50,149 bases of DNA from assembly GCA_013239625.1 (NCBI GenBank), contig MU054400.1, forward strand, positions 1,657,146-1,707,294, given 5' to 3'. Origin of the DNA: Lama guanicoe (taxonomy: Eukaryota). Positions within the stretch are counted from its first letter, which is position 1, and every line of letters starts with the position of its first letter. This document shows, piece by piece, positions 1 to 12,440 of the stretch. Under the pieces are notes generated by a model. The model had not been told where the DNA came from, did not search any database, and worked only from the letters and a program-made list of their open reading frames with translations. Position numbers and translations under genes: made by a program.

Positions 1-100
1 GTGGCCTTGCAGGGCACAATGAGGGTTTGAACCCAACGGTTTTAAGCAAGGATCAGACTAGAATTTTAGAAAAATGTCACTCTGGCTACTTCATGGAGGT
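1..100 (-). mobile_element. L2 LINE fragment (old)
   Basis: 'ttttaagcaagg...ttttagaaaaatgtcactctggct...tggag' resembles the L2a/b 3' region as I recall it. Confidence 0.5.
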
Positions 101-1520
101 AAGGTAAATCATTTTTAACACCCGCCTCCCCTGTAGGGCAGAATTATTTTCTGTAACTATTATTTTTCCGGACTTGCTGAGCTTTGGGGAAATACCTTTA
201 AAAAATACTTGCCATTTTTTAAATTTAGTAAATCACTTCATGTCTGAACAAAAAATTCCACATACCAAAGTTTTGCTGTTTTAAATTTTAAACATAAGAC
301 GTCTCTATGTGGTCATACAGAATAACAGAGCTGAAGTAATTCAAGTTCTGTTTCCTTACCTTTATAACCACTGTACTATCATTGTTTAGTTTGAATCTAC
401 TGGTTAAATGCTTGAATGTGTAGTTACAGAAGGATTGGAGACCCAAACCAGAACTAATCCATAACTAAAGTGAGCTCCTCTGATCCTGAACCATCATGAA
501 CCTGACTTCCAAATGAATACAGATTGACAAGTCCACGGTGTGAGGGGCCTGCCATGTAACTGGGAGCTCTCTGGGTTAATTCCATATAGAATACAATGTT
601 TATCAAAGAATAAGTATTAAAATGGCTAATTTAAAGCTTGTATATTAATTATTAAAATTCAGCAGCCACCACAGCAACTGTATAGAACTTAGACCATCAA
701 AAGATTTTTTTCAGAGATTAGTACTTTATTGCTGAAATTATTTAGAATTTCCAGTGTGTGGTGATAATTAAAAAACAGACTGACTTTTAATAGGTATTAT
801 TGCTTTTAAATTCTTTACAGTCAGTGCATCCCCTTCCTCACTGCACCTCACAGATCTTTCCCTCCACCTGGCCCTCAGGATACTGCCGTGCAGAGAATGC
901 ATTGAAGGAGAGCCAGGGGTTTGGAGGAGGCCCCTGGGAGGGAAGCCCATGGAGAGAAAATGGAGGCTTAACCAGGGAAAATGGATTTGAGAGAAATGTA
1001 GGTGTTAGGTGTTAGGGCAATTGGATATACAGGTGGAGACAGGAAGAAGAGTGTGCCAGCTCCCAGCATTCTGGATGGGATACCCAGGTCCATGGTGGAC
1101 CGATTGATGTGCAGACGGGGACTGAATCCACAAGTATGGATCCAATTGCCTGAGGACAGGGGGAAATAGTTCTCAACCTTGATGAGCTCTAGCATTTAGA
1201 GGAGGATCCACTGGCAAGTATTATTTCTGTTTTGTAACTGGAAAACCAAGGCACTTAGTGGTTCCATCATTTTCCCAAAAGTTAGAAGAGTCAGAGTTAA
1301 TTTTTGGCTCATCATGAGCACACAGTAACTTAGCCAAAATGCATTTTAAGAACATCCTTGGGGAGGTGGAAAAGAAACATAGGGCTTGTCATTCATGTTC
1401 TAACAAACTAAAAACGATCGGCGAAGGCCACTTAATTCTCTGAATATCTATGTATGTACACACCCGACAGAAACTAACTGAAGCCTCACCCAGAAACCCT
1501 GCTTGTTTATTTCCCTTCAG

Positions 1521-1569
1521 TCTTTCCAACCCCTTGCGTGGGACTGATAGTGTCAGCTGTGACAAAGAG
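1521..1569 (+). other. Candidate 49-nt internal exon of an unidentified transcript
   Basis: Branch-like CTAAC at 1474-1478, acceptor ttgtttatttcccttcag| and consensus donor GAG|gtaagt. Two frames are open (LSNPLRGTDSVSCDKE or FPTPCVGLIVSAVTK). Confidence 0.45.
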
Positions 1570-2074
1570 GTAAGTAAGAAAACTTGAGTCGAGCACTGTT
1601 GAGACTAAACCTTGCTAACCACAATCAGGGATGCCGTGCTCAGAACAGAATGAAACATACCATCGGAGAATGTGATTGACCAATGTTTTCTATTCCGACC
1701 TAATGAAATACTCTGTGCTGCTTCATCTTGCCATTAGAAGCAGCGTCAGAAAGCTTGTTGTGCAACATAAAACACGGTGGAAATTAAAAGTAAGTTTGAT
1801 CAATTCTAATTCAGCTGCTATGAATGCAATCAATTCTCTCTCCTACAGTGAGATTTTTATTGCTAACATCAGCACTTCCCCTTACATGCCCTCTGTATTC
1901 CCTTCCAACCCATCCCCTACTTCAGACCTACTGCTCTCCCTGTGATAAGGCATTTATTAAATGATATCTACCTCACTAAAGACATTTTCTTTTTATTTGA
2001 ATATATTATTGCTTATAAGAAATTGCTGTTCTCTGCACATTCAAGGGAACCCACTATTTAAAATTTTCGGTGGT

Positions 2075-2228
2075 GGGGAGGGTATAGCTCAGTGGTAGAG
2101 TATGTGCTTAGCATGCCCAAGGTCCTGGGTTCAACCCCCAGTACCTCCATTAAAAATAAATATTAAATAAATAAATAAGCCTAATTACCTCCCCCCCAAA
2201 ACCCCCAGAAAACAAAACAAACAAAAAA
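2075..2228 (+). mobile_element. Camelid tRNA-derived SINE (Vic-1-like)
   Basis: A box 'tagctcagtgg', B box 'ggttcaaccc', tRNA-like head ending 'cagtacctcc', 'cctaattacctcccc' body and an A-rich tail. Confidence 0.9.
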
Positions 2229-2744
2229 TTTCTAAGGCCCCACGAAATTGTCTCTGAGTTTTAGAAGACTATCTTTAATGCTACCAAAACCTCAGAGAAG
2301 CTCTATATTGATTGCAAGTTACCAGGGCCCCTTTTGCTTTGTTTCTCCATCACAGGAACCCTGAACTGCCTTCCACACTTCCCCTTTCTCCTCCAACCCA
2401 GAAATTCAGCTGCTTGTCAAACACTCTCGAATTCCTCCCCATGCCATTGTGCTCTCATATCAGGCCCGTTGTATGAGCCTGTTTGATTTATCTTCTTTTG
2501 ATATTCTCTTCTAGTCCTCAGTAGCAGGGTCCTGAACAAGGGAAATAAAAAGATAAAACTTCAAAAGCAGCACCTAACCATGTAGTAAAGGCCACGTGGC
2601 ATATTCCCAGGCAGCTATGGTAGGCCCAGGTGTGTCCCCCCACTGCAGTGGAATGCCATCTCTCTGAGGCCAGGGTGTTGCCCTGGCGCCTGCTGAGTGC
2701 CCAGCAGTTGTCGGATACCCTTTCCACTGGCCCTTAGGTAGGCT

Positions 2745-2860
2745 GCATGGAACAGTGGAGAGCACATGGAATATAGAGTCTGAATGCTCAAATTAAAGTC
2801 CTAGCTGTGCTATTTATTGCTGTGTGACTTTTGAAAAGTCACTTAACCTCTCTGGGCTTC
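2745..2860 (+). mobile_element. MIR SINE fragment
   Basis: MIR core-like 'gctgtgtgactttgaaaagtcacttaacctctctgggcttc'. Confidence 0.75.
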
Positions 2861-3671
2861 AACAAATAATGGACTCTGGACGGCTTGGTAGGTAACGAGT
2901 AGACTAAGATAGCAGACCCACATTCTTGTCTACATTCTGCCATTTACCAGCCCTCAGTCAATATGGTCACAGATGCCTTGGTTATAAAGCAAGGGCAATA
3001 ATATCTGTCCTGTTTACATAGTTTGCTGTTATGAGGAAAGAAGAGACAGGATGTGGAAAGTTCCGTGAACTACCTGGTCTTCAGCAAACTGATCTGAATG
3101 ACACCCTTCTTGGGCCTCCTTGCCTTATCCACTTGCCTGTAAGATCTCATCTAAAAGTTCAAATCTATCTAGAACGCTTTCTCCCCAAGCACTGAAAGTA
3201 CCATCTGCAGTCATATTTTCAGTCATGTAATTTCAGACAGACCAAGGACTCCAGAACACTGGATGTCCCTCTGCTTTAGAGTCACAGTGAGAAAACTCAC
3301 AGCTGGGCAGAAAGCCGATCTCCTCCCCTTCCCTGCCCCGACATCATGATCTCACTCCTGGGTGCACACAATTGCCTTCAAAACACTAAAAATTCAAGAA
3401 CTTTAAAAGCACAAAAAGTTGGAGCTAACTCTCTGTGAGTTCTCGATTCAAGCTGGCCATCTCTCTTTCTACCCCATGACAATCCCCTTGCTCACAAATC
3501 TCCTCTCTCCACACCAGCATACCCCTTTCCCCCTACTGGCTTTTAAAATGAAAATACTAACACACAGAGAGTTAATAATGTGTTCTCACGTAGATGAAAT
3601 CACAAACACTATATTATAGGTTCTTAACCACTAAAGGAAGTAATGGGGAAAGGTGTTTTTATTCCTATTTT

Positions 3672-3764
3672 CTTTCTTTTTTTTTTAAATAGAGGAACTG
3701 GGAATTGAACCCAGGACCTTGTGCATGCTAAGCACACACTCTACCACTAAGCCATATCCTCCCC
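3672..3764 (-). mobile_element. Short Vic-1-like SINE
   Basis: Reverse complement of the tRNA-like head with a poly(T) tail. TSD ttattc(c/t)tatttt at 3659-3671 and 3767-3779. Confidence 0.88.
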
Positions 3765-3799
3765 TCTTATTCTTATTTTAGAATTAAAAAAAAAAAGAC

Positions 3800-3890
3800 C
3801 CAAGACCCAGAGAGACTGGGTGACTTGCTCCAAGGCCACATTGATAGCATGTAACCAAGCCTGGACCCATACACCAGCCTGATGACTCAA
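3800..3890 (-). mobile_element. MIR fragment
   Basis: 'gacccagagagactgggtgacttgctccaaggccaca' matches the MIR core in reverse. Confidence 0.6.
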
Positions 3891-4564
3891 AGTAAACATG
3901 CCAACCTCTACCCCTTGTGGGTTCCATAGGAAAACAAGAGGCACTGCCAAGAGGGAACACTCATGCCATCTATTATAAACAGCCTGAATCCAGAGGTAAA
4001 CCAGAAATGAAACAAAGAAAAAGGTCGCTGACTTCTGGAACAATGGGCACGTGTTGGGGTCATTCATTCTTTCAGAGTCATGTTAAGGGGGCCATTAATA
4101 CTCTGTAAGGCCCTTAAGATTCTGTGAGCCCTGGATTCCTTATGTTTCCTTCAGACTTCAAAGATATGAGACTTCTTCCAATGAAAAATACAAAAAAAAA
4201 AAAAGAAGTGTCTCTATTTTCCTTTTAGTACTTGGAAAGGGTAAGGGTGGAGATATTTAAAAGTACCAAAAGTTCCAGGAGAATATCCAGAAACAAAAGA
4301 TAATTTTCTCCACTTTTTATATTCACTTTAACAGACATACAGACAGAGCCAGCTTGACGCTTAAGATTTATCAGTCAATTTCCAGCAAGATTTGGATTCA
4401 GAAATTCCGGGACACTGGTTTGGTGCAGCAAAAAGAATGCCAGCTCTGTAGTCCACTGACTTGAGTTTTCATCCCAGGATCTGACACTTAATAGTTATGT
4501 GGCCCTGGGAGGCATTTACCCTGCATGGAAACATGGGGACATCTTTTGAAAAGTTAACATACAG

Positions 4565-4760
4565 CAGGTATCACAAACTTAGGGCCCATGGGCCATATCT
4601 GGTCCACAGACATAACAAAATTGTGAAAAGTGTTTTATCCATTCTTTTGGAGGAAGCCTGCCTTCCGTTTGGCATACCCCTCATTCCCACTTTGCTCTTA
4701 TCCTGACCTGCACCAGGGGTTTGTGTCCCTTGCCCTGGCCTGTGGGTATATATGAGTTCA
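4565..4760. mobile_element. Probable hAT-Charlie-type non-autonomous element fragment (MER58-like end)
   Basis: 'caggtatcacaaacttagggcccatgggccatatctggtccac' resembles MER58-type termini. Confidence 0.4.
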
Positions 4761-4929
4761 GCCTCTTCCCTCAAGGTTGTGAAAGTTCTGTGCAGATAGC
4801 GAGCACTCAGTGGATAGTCTGGTTCTCTGAAATTTCAGTACTCTTTGCAATCTGATACACTTATTCTGAGATTTGAGATTCAATGTTCAGTCTCTGTTGT
4901 TGGTTCCTCATTTCTTCCCCTTCCTTGGC

Positions 4930-5120
4930 TCATAGTCCTTGGGCCTCTCCTCCTCCTCCCTGATGACACTTATTCCCCTGGGTGACCCCATCCAATCTTG
5001 TGGCTTTAAATATGATCTGCATACAGATGATTCCCAAATGTGCTCCAGAACAGATGCCTCCCAGGAACTCCAGTCTCATTTATACTACTGTCTACATGAC
5101 TGTCTCTACTTAACTATGTA
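4930..5120 (+). mobile_element. L2 LINE fragment
   Basis: 'ggtgaccccatccaatcttgtggctttaaatatgatctgcatacagatgattcccaaat' resembles the L2 RT region around the degenerate YADD motif (ORF track: GFKYDLHTDDSQ). Confidence 0.75.
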
Positions 5121-5124
5121 ATAG

Positions 5125-6130
5125 TTGGGTAATCATACATCCATTTCTCCAGAACCTTCTTGGTTTGCACAGGACAATCCTGGATTGTGCCTATGGTCCC
5201 AGTGGCATCCCATCTGATCTAGCATATGTCCTGGATTTTTCATTTTTAATGAAGTATTATCATTATTATTTTAATTACAAGAAGCCAGGATGGGTTTGTG
5301 AGACTTCATTTTGAACTTCCAGTTCCTCCTGCCATGGGCTTGTCTAGTCATGTGGAAGATACATAGGCAATAAACAGAGTTTTCACTTTAAGATGTGGTT
5401 ACATTTAAAACAACCCATCTCTCTCTATATATACATACACATAAAAAAATAGAATAATCCATCTCTCTTTTCCAAACCCTTTCCAGATGAAATATAACTA
5501 ATGCCTGCCTTTCAACATGAAGGACACTTGCTGGATTTAAAAAAAAACGTGTTGAACAGAAGAGATGGCTGACTCCTGGTATCAGGTAGTGGTAGGAGAT
5601 GCTTTGGAAGGTACTGCTGCAGCCACCCACTTGGGGACCAGCCAGTTTGGCCATGGACACCACCATGACCTGCAAGATTCATGAAGATACCAGCAGCCAG
5701 TCAGTGAGTGAGGTCAGTGGGAAATATGGGAATTATAGATCAGGTGAACATGAAAATTACACAGGAAATAGACTGAGCACAGGTTTATGAGTAAATTGGT
5801 CTTAGATTAGTAGATTAGTAGACCTTGTTACTGAGGTCTTGTCATTTACTGCATGGTATAAATCTACAACTAATCTGTTTTCTTGCATAATGTAGTTTTT
5901 ATTTTTGCAATAAAATTTTTTTTAGCAGCAATGAGCTAAAAAAAATGAAAGTGCATGCTTAATGAAAAATTAAGGACTGAATTTACCTGCTGTAAACAAA
6001 AAGATAATCAAAATGTACCTTATACAAAATGGTGACAATTAGCATCCACCATGGGGCTTTGGCGTATCAGTGACCGCATGAAAACCAGACACAAATCTTC
6101 TGAAGACACTTCAGCACTTAATTTAAAGTT
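5125..6130 (+). mobile_element. hAT BLACKJACK DNA transposon relic (5' end plus start of transposase)
   Basis: The 5' end 'gggtaatcatac...gacaatcctgg...tgtcctggatttttcattttt' resembles BLACKJACK/MER94. 5930-6130 is a decayed transposase N-terminus (KC.LNEKLRTEF...HHG...DRMKT). 5410-5690 may be a separate insert. Confidence 0.65.
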
Positions 6131-6139
6131 GACTTAACA

Positions 6140-8130
6140 AAAGTCAAGTGCTTTCATACATACCACCAATGAGTAAGTGGAACATGAAATTAAAAATATA
6201 CCATTTATACTAGCACACCTCAAAAATGAAATACTTCAGTATAGATAGAATAAAATATGTACAAGATCTGTATGAGGAAAACTACAAAACTCTGATGAAC
6301 AAAATCAAAGAACAACTAAACAAATGGAGATATATTTCATGTTCATGGCTAGAAACACTCAATATTGTCAAGATGTCAGTTCTTCCCAACTTGATCTATA
6401 GATTCAATGCAATCCCAATCAAAATCCCAGCAATTTATTTTGTGATATTGACAAACTGACTCTAAAGTTCACATGGAGAAAAAAAAAGACCCAGAACTGC
6501 CAATACAGTATTGAGGGAGAAGAACAAAGTTGGGTGACTGATAATACCCAACTTAGTCTTACTATAAAGCTACAGTAATCAAAATAGTGTGTTATTGGTG
6601 AAAGAACAGATAAATTAATCAATGGAACAGAACAGAGAGCCTAGAAATAGACCTTCATAAATATAGTCAACTAATCGTTTTGTTTTTTTTTTTCGAAAGG
6701 GACAAAGGCAATACAATGGGGCAAAGATAGGTTGTTGAACAAATGGTGCTGAAACAATTGGGCATCCACATACAAAAAAATGGATCTAGACACAAACTTT
6801 ACACCATTCATAAAAATTAACACAGAATGGACCACAGATTTAAATTTAAAATGCCAAACTATAAAACTCCTAGAAGGTAGCAGGAGAAAACCTAGATAAT
6901 CTTGGATATGGTGTTGCCTTTTTAGATATAAGAGAGGACACGAAATGAATAACTTAAAAGCTGACTTTCATTAAAATTTAAAACTTTTCACTCTGCAAAA
7001 GACAGTATCAAGATAATTAGAAAACAAGCTACAGACTGGGAGAAAATATTTGCGAAAGATACATGTGATAAGGTCTGTTATCCAAAATATACTAAAAAAC
7101 TTTTAGAACTCAACAATAAGAAAACAAACATTGTAATTAAAAAATGGGTCAAAGACCTTAATAGTCACCTCACCAAAGAGGATATACAAAGGACAAATAA
7201 ACATATGAAAAGATGCTCCACATTATAGGTCACTAGGGGAGTATAAATTAAAACAACATTGTGATTCCACCGCACATCTACCTGAATGGCTGAAATCTGG
7301 AGACTGACTACGCCAGGTACTGATGAGGATGTGGAGCAGCAGGAACTCTCATTCACTGCTGGTGGGAATGCAAAATGGTACAGCTACTGTGGAAGACATT
7401 TTGGCAGTTTCTTACAAAACTAAACATACTCTTATCATATGATCCAGTAACTGCATTCCTTGGTATCTACCCAGAAGAGCTGAAAACTATGTTCACACTA
7501 AAAGCCTGCATGCAGATGTTTATAGAAGCTTTATGCATAGTTACCCAAACTTGGAAGCAACCAAGATAGCCTTCAGTAGGTGAATAGATAAACAAACTGT
7601 GGTCCATCTTGACAATGGAATATTATTTAGCATTAAAAATAAATGGGCTGGCAAGCCATGAAAAGACATGGATGAAACTTAAATGCATATAACTAAGTAA
7701 AAGAAGCCAAGATGAAAATGCTATATACTGTATGAGTCCCACTATATGACAATTTGGAAAAGGCAGAACTGTAGAGACAGTAAAAAGATCTGTTGTTTCC
7801 AGGGGTTGGTGGAAAGGGATGAATAAGTAGAGCACAGAGGACTTTTTGGACAGTGAAATGACTCCATATGATATCATAATGGTAGATTCATGCCTTGTTG
7901 CCTTCGTACACACGCATAAAACGTACACCAAGAGTGAACTATAATGTAAACTAAAGACTTTGGGTCATGATGTGTTCATGCAGGTTTATCAGTTGTAACA
8001 AAATACCATTCTGTGAGGGATGTTGATCATGAGGGAGGCTGTGTGTGTGTGTGGGAGTACTGGACACATGAGAAATCTGTACCTTCCTCTCAATCTTGCT
8101 GTGAACCTGAAACTGCTCTAAACACTAAAG
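6140..8130 (+). mobile_element. 5'-truncated old L1 (L1MC1/2-like), ORF2 3' part plus 3' UTR
   Basis: Fragmented ORF2 peptides ([49 protein letters not shown]). The 3' end 'gtaccttcctctcaatcttgctgtgaacctgaaactgctctaaa' is typical of L1MC1/2. Confidence 0.88.
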
Positions 8131-8857
8131 TCAAGAATTAATTTGTAGGCATATAAATATTTTCAATTACCTGATTTTAACTTGTTTTAGCATACCTTTT
8201 ACTCTTGTTTCTCATTTTATATGAGAAATGATTTGGTTCTTCTATCTCTAGCATCACAAAATTAACACATCAAAAGGATGCTCTTAAAGGCACAAGCATG
8301 ACTAATCGTCACCGAGGCTACACACTGTCCCTCAAATAATAAAATGTACAGTCCTGGATTTAATCACCACCTGAGCTGCAAGCATGACAGCTGTCAGTGC
8401 AGATGAGTGTAGCTCTGCTCTCCCAAGTCAGTGCCAGGAAACTGCACATTCCTCCACTCCAAGCCTAGAGCTGCATGTTTAACTGCTTGAGTGTCCCCAC
8501 ATATTGTGAAAGAAACAAATTGGCCCTTGTCCACAAAGCAAGCACGAGAGTGGCTGGGCCTCCCCTGAGATAGCCGGACCCAGACACTGCAGGGGAAGGC
8601 AGCCTGTGTGACCTGGTGAGAACTCTTAATTAAACTTGACACACAGAGTTGCTAATAGAGACTGAAGATCACAGGAAAAGCACTATCACACCTCTAAGCC
8701 TTTTCTAAACAACCAACCAGAAAGACAAGTCCAGGAACTAGCTGTGGGCTGCCCATTGACGCAGAATCCCGGGACACAGGGTGTAAAATAACACGCAGGT
8801 CTGTAGCCATGTCAGCAGTAAGACACTGGGAGAATTGTGTTATTGCCATCAGCACAA

Positions 8858-8879
8858 GTGTGTGTGTGTGTGTGTGTGT
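8858..8879. repeat. (TG)n microsatellite
   Basis: About 11 perfect GT units. Confidence 0.9.
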
Positions 8880-9230
8880 ACGCACATGTGCGGTGAGGGA
8901 GACTCCTTGAGTCTCATAGCTGTTGTTCAGGCTCCTTCTTCGGTGGTGATGTGTTTCCAGGCGGGATTTTCCTGAGACTGAGTACACACTTATGAACTGC
9001 CCCCTCCTCCTCTCCCCTTCCTGCTCCACCCCCAGCCCCACCCCCAGCCCCACCGGATCACCTGACAGCTGAAGGATTTGTCTAGTTACTGCAAAGCAAA
9101 CACTGCTCTGGGCTGAGTTTGGGCCTTGAAGTCATTCATTCCGTGATACCACACGCGTTCGATTCTAGTATTGGGGAACTCCGCACACTCAGGTAGGGCT
9201 CCAGCGTCGCATCTCAGTGCAGCTGGAGAG
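8880..9230. promoter_or_regulatory. Candidate enhancer or minor promoter
   Basis: Local CpG excess, two kB-consensus sites (gggattttcc 8963-8972, ggggaactcc 9173-9182), a CACCC/G4 tract at 9026-9054 and a forkhead-like gcaaaca. Confidence 0.4.
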
Positions 9231-9329
9231 AGTGGCTCTCTCTTCATCTCTTTTTACAGTTGCGGTTGAGATCCAAGATCCAAGCGGTTAAGGAAGAGCG
9301 GTTCTTGGCTGAGTGTAGAGGTTTAAGAG

Positions 9330-9810
9330 CAATAGAGTTTGGAGACAGACTCCCTGGCTTCCAACCCTAGCTTTGCCACTTACTAGCTGTGCGATCCGGA
9401 AAAGTTCATCTCCTTGCTTCCATTTCCTAATCTGCAAATGGGGCCACAGTAGCACCTTTTTCAGGGAGTTGTTGTAAGGATTTAATTACAGTTGACCCTC
9501 TGTATCCATGGAGTCTGCATCCACATATTCAAAAAATTTCCAAAAAGCAAAACTTGAATTTGCCGTGCACTGCCAACTATTTACATATCATTTATATTGA
9601 TTTAGGTATTATAAGTAATCGAAAGATGATTTAGAGTATACAGGAGGATATGTGTAGTTTATATGCAAATATTACACCATATTATATAAGAGACACATGC
9701 ATCTAGGGATTTTGGTATACTTGGGGGTCCTGGAACCAATCCCCCGTGGATACCTAGGGGTAACTGTAATTAATATACTTGAAGGGCTTAGAACAGTGCT
9801 TGGCACAAAG
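9330..9810 (+). mobile_element. MIR SINE split by Tigger3a
   Basis: MIR core 'gccacttactagctgtg...aatctgcaaatggg...gttgtaaggatt' up to 9488 resumes at 9767 with 'gcttagaacagtgcttggcaca'. Confidence 0.8.
9489..9766 (+). mobile_element. Tigger3a-like non-autonomous Tc1/mariner element
   Basis: Terminal inverted repeats cagttgaccct...aggggtaactg flanked by TA on both sides. Internal 'aaaagcaaaacttgaatttgcc' and 'ggtcctggaaccaatccccc'. Confidence 0.88.
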
Positions 9811-10146
9811 TCAGACTTATTTACGATTTCCTAAATAAGGCAGTCGAGGCAAAGTAGGTGAGTGAGCAGATAACTCTGGGGAAAAAACTAGACTACTTGA
9901 AATAACACTGGACTTGGCCCCTGGGGTGAGGGCTGGCATCTCCTGGCTCCACCACAAATCAGCTAGTATCTTAGGTATATCACTGAAAATCTTGAGGCCT
10001 TATCTTTTGCAACTTAGTTTGGCAATAACCAATAATCTCTTGCTAGGCTTGTGATGAAAGCCCATGAGATGTTGGAGAGGGCAACACTTTGCAAACAAGT
10101 GTTCTGTAAATGTTGAGAACACACCTCCTATATTTCTTTTCTCTTA

Positions 10147-10635
10147 TAACAGCATTATTGATGTGTAATTCACATACCATACAACTCATTTATTGAAAGT
10201 GTACAATTCGGAGGGTTTTTTTTTATTAACTTTACAGAATTGTGCAAACTTATCACCAAAATCAATTTGAGAACGTTTTTAACACCCTGAAATAGAAAAA
10301 GCCATATTCTGAGGCAGTCACTCCCCATTCCTCACACATCTTTTTTATTATAGTCATCCTACTGGGTGCAAAATGGTACCTTACTGTGGTTATGACTTGT
10401 AGCACCCTGATGGCTAATGATGGTGAGCATCTTTTCATGTGCTAATTGCCCATTTATATATCTTCTTTGAGAAATTCTCCATTTATATCCCTTGCCTATT
10501 TTCATTTGGGTTATTTTTCTTTATATCTTTGAGTGATTGGAGTTCTTCATATATTCTACACACAAATCCTATATTAGATATGTGACTTGAAAATATTTTC
10601 TCTTAATTGGTAGGCTTTGTACTTTCTTGATGGTT
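10147..10635 (-). mobile_element. Old L1MB-type 3' fragment
   Basis: 'attattgatgtgtaattcacataccatacaactcatttattgaaagtgtacaattc' is an L1MB 3' end, followed by decayed ORF2. Confidence 0.75.
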
Positions 10636-12432
10636 TTTCTGTTTTTTATTGAGTTATAGTCAGTTTACAATGTTGTATCGATTTCTGGTGTACAGCACAG
10701 TTTTTCAGTCATACATGAATATACATATATTTGTTTTCATATTCTTTTTCACCATGAGCTACTACAAGGTCTTGAATATACTTCCCTGTGCTATACAGTA
10801 TAAAGTTGTTTATCTATTCTATATATACCTGTCAGTATTTACAAATCTCAAACTTCCAGTTTATTCCTTCCCACTCCCCTCCCCCTGGCAAACACAAGTT
10901 TGTATTCTATGTCTGTGAGTCTGTTTCTGTTTTATATTTAAGTTCATTTGTCTTCTTCTTTTTTTTTTTAGATTCCACATATGAGTGATATCATATGGTA
11001 TTTTTCTTTCTCTTTCTGGCTAACTTCACTTAGAATGACATTCTCCAGGGACATCCATGTTGCTGCAAATGGCATTATGATGTCATTTTTTATGGCTGAA
11101 TAGTATTCCATTGTATAAATATACCACCTCTTCTTTATCCAGTCATCTGCCAATGGACATTTAAGTTGTTTCCAAGTCTTGGCTATTGTAAATAGTGCTG
11201 CTATAAACATTGGGCTGCAGGTGTCTTTCTGAAGTAGGGTTCCTTCTGGATATATGCACAGGAGTGGGATTCCTAGGTCATATGGTAAGTCTATTTTAGT
11301 CTTTTGAGGAATCTCCATACTGTTTTCCACAATGGCTGCACCAAACTGCATTCTCACCACCAGCATTTATCTTTTGCTGACTTTTGAATGATTGCCATTC
11401 TGACTGGTGTGAGGTGATACCTTATTGTAGCTTTGATTTGCATTTCTCTGATAATTAGTGATACTCAGCATTTTTTCATGTGCCTATTGCTCATTTGTAT
11501 GTCTTCATTGGAGAATTGCTTGTTTAGGTCTTCTGCCCCTTTTTGGATTGGGTTGTTTGTTTTTTTCCTATTAAGTTTTATGTTTTGTTTTGCTTATGGT
11601 TTCTTTTGCTGAGCAAAAGCTTGTAAATTTAATTAGGTCCCATTAGTTTATTTTTGCTTTTATTTCTGTTTCTTGGGTAGATTGCCCTAGGAGATCATTG
11701 TTGAGATGTATGTGAGATAATGTTTTGCCTATGTTTTCTTCTAGGAGGTTTATTGTGTCTTGTCTTATGTTTAAGTCTTTGATCCATTTTGAGTCTATTT
11801 TTGTGTATGGTGTAAGGGAGTGTTCTAGCTTCACTGATTTACATGCTGCTGTCCAGTTTTCCCAACACCATTTGCTGAAGAGACTGTCTTTATTCCATTG
11901 TATATTCTTGCCTCCTTTGTCGAAGATGAGTTGACCAAAAGTTTGTGGGTTCATTTCTGGGCTCTCTATTCTGTTCCATTGGTCTATATGTCTGTTTTTG
12001 TAATACCATGCTGTTTTGATTACTGTAGCTCTATAGTATTGTGTGAAGTCTGGGAGGGTTATTCCTCCAGCCTCATTCTTTTTCTTCAGTAATGCTTTGG
12101 CAATTCTGGGTCTTTTGTAATTCCATATAAATTTGATTATGATTTGTTCTAGTTCTGCAAAATATGTCCTGGGTAATTTGATAGGGATTGCATTAAATCA
12201 GTAGATTGTTTTGGGCAGTGTGACCATTTTAACAATATTGATTTTTCCTATTCAGGTGCATGAGCTATCTTTCCATTTTTTAAAGTCTTCTTTAATTTCC
12301 TTAATCAATGTTTTGTAGTTCTCCATGTAAAAATCTTTCACCTCCTTGGTTAGATTTATTCCTAGGTAATTTATTACTTCAGGTGCTATTTTAAAAGGGA
12401 TTGTTCCTTTACTTTCTTTTCCTGTTGATTCC
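10636..12432 (-). mobile_element. 5'-truncated camelid-lineage L1 with internal deletions
   Basis: ORF2 C-terminal fragments (10968-11366, 11643-11954, 12252-12430) homologous to the young L1s at 28-37 kb, with a related 3' UTR. Confidence 0.92.
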
Positions 12433-12440
12433 AATAGTTG

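Noticed and set aside
2075..2150. tRNA gene (also 3690-3764 and 38856-38930)
   Set aside because: Heads are degenerate, and the copies carry SINE tails, with TSDs at two of them. They are tRNA-derived SINEs, not functional tRNAs.
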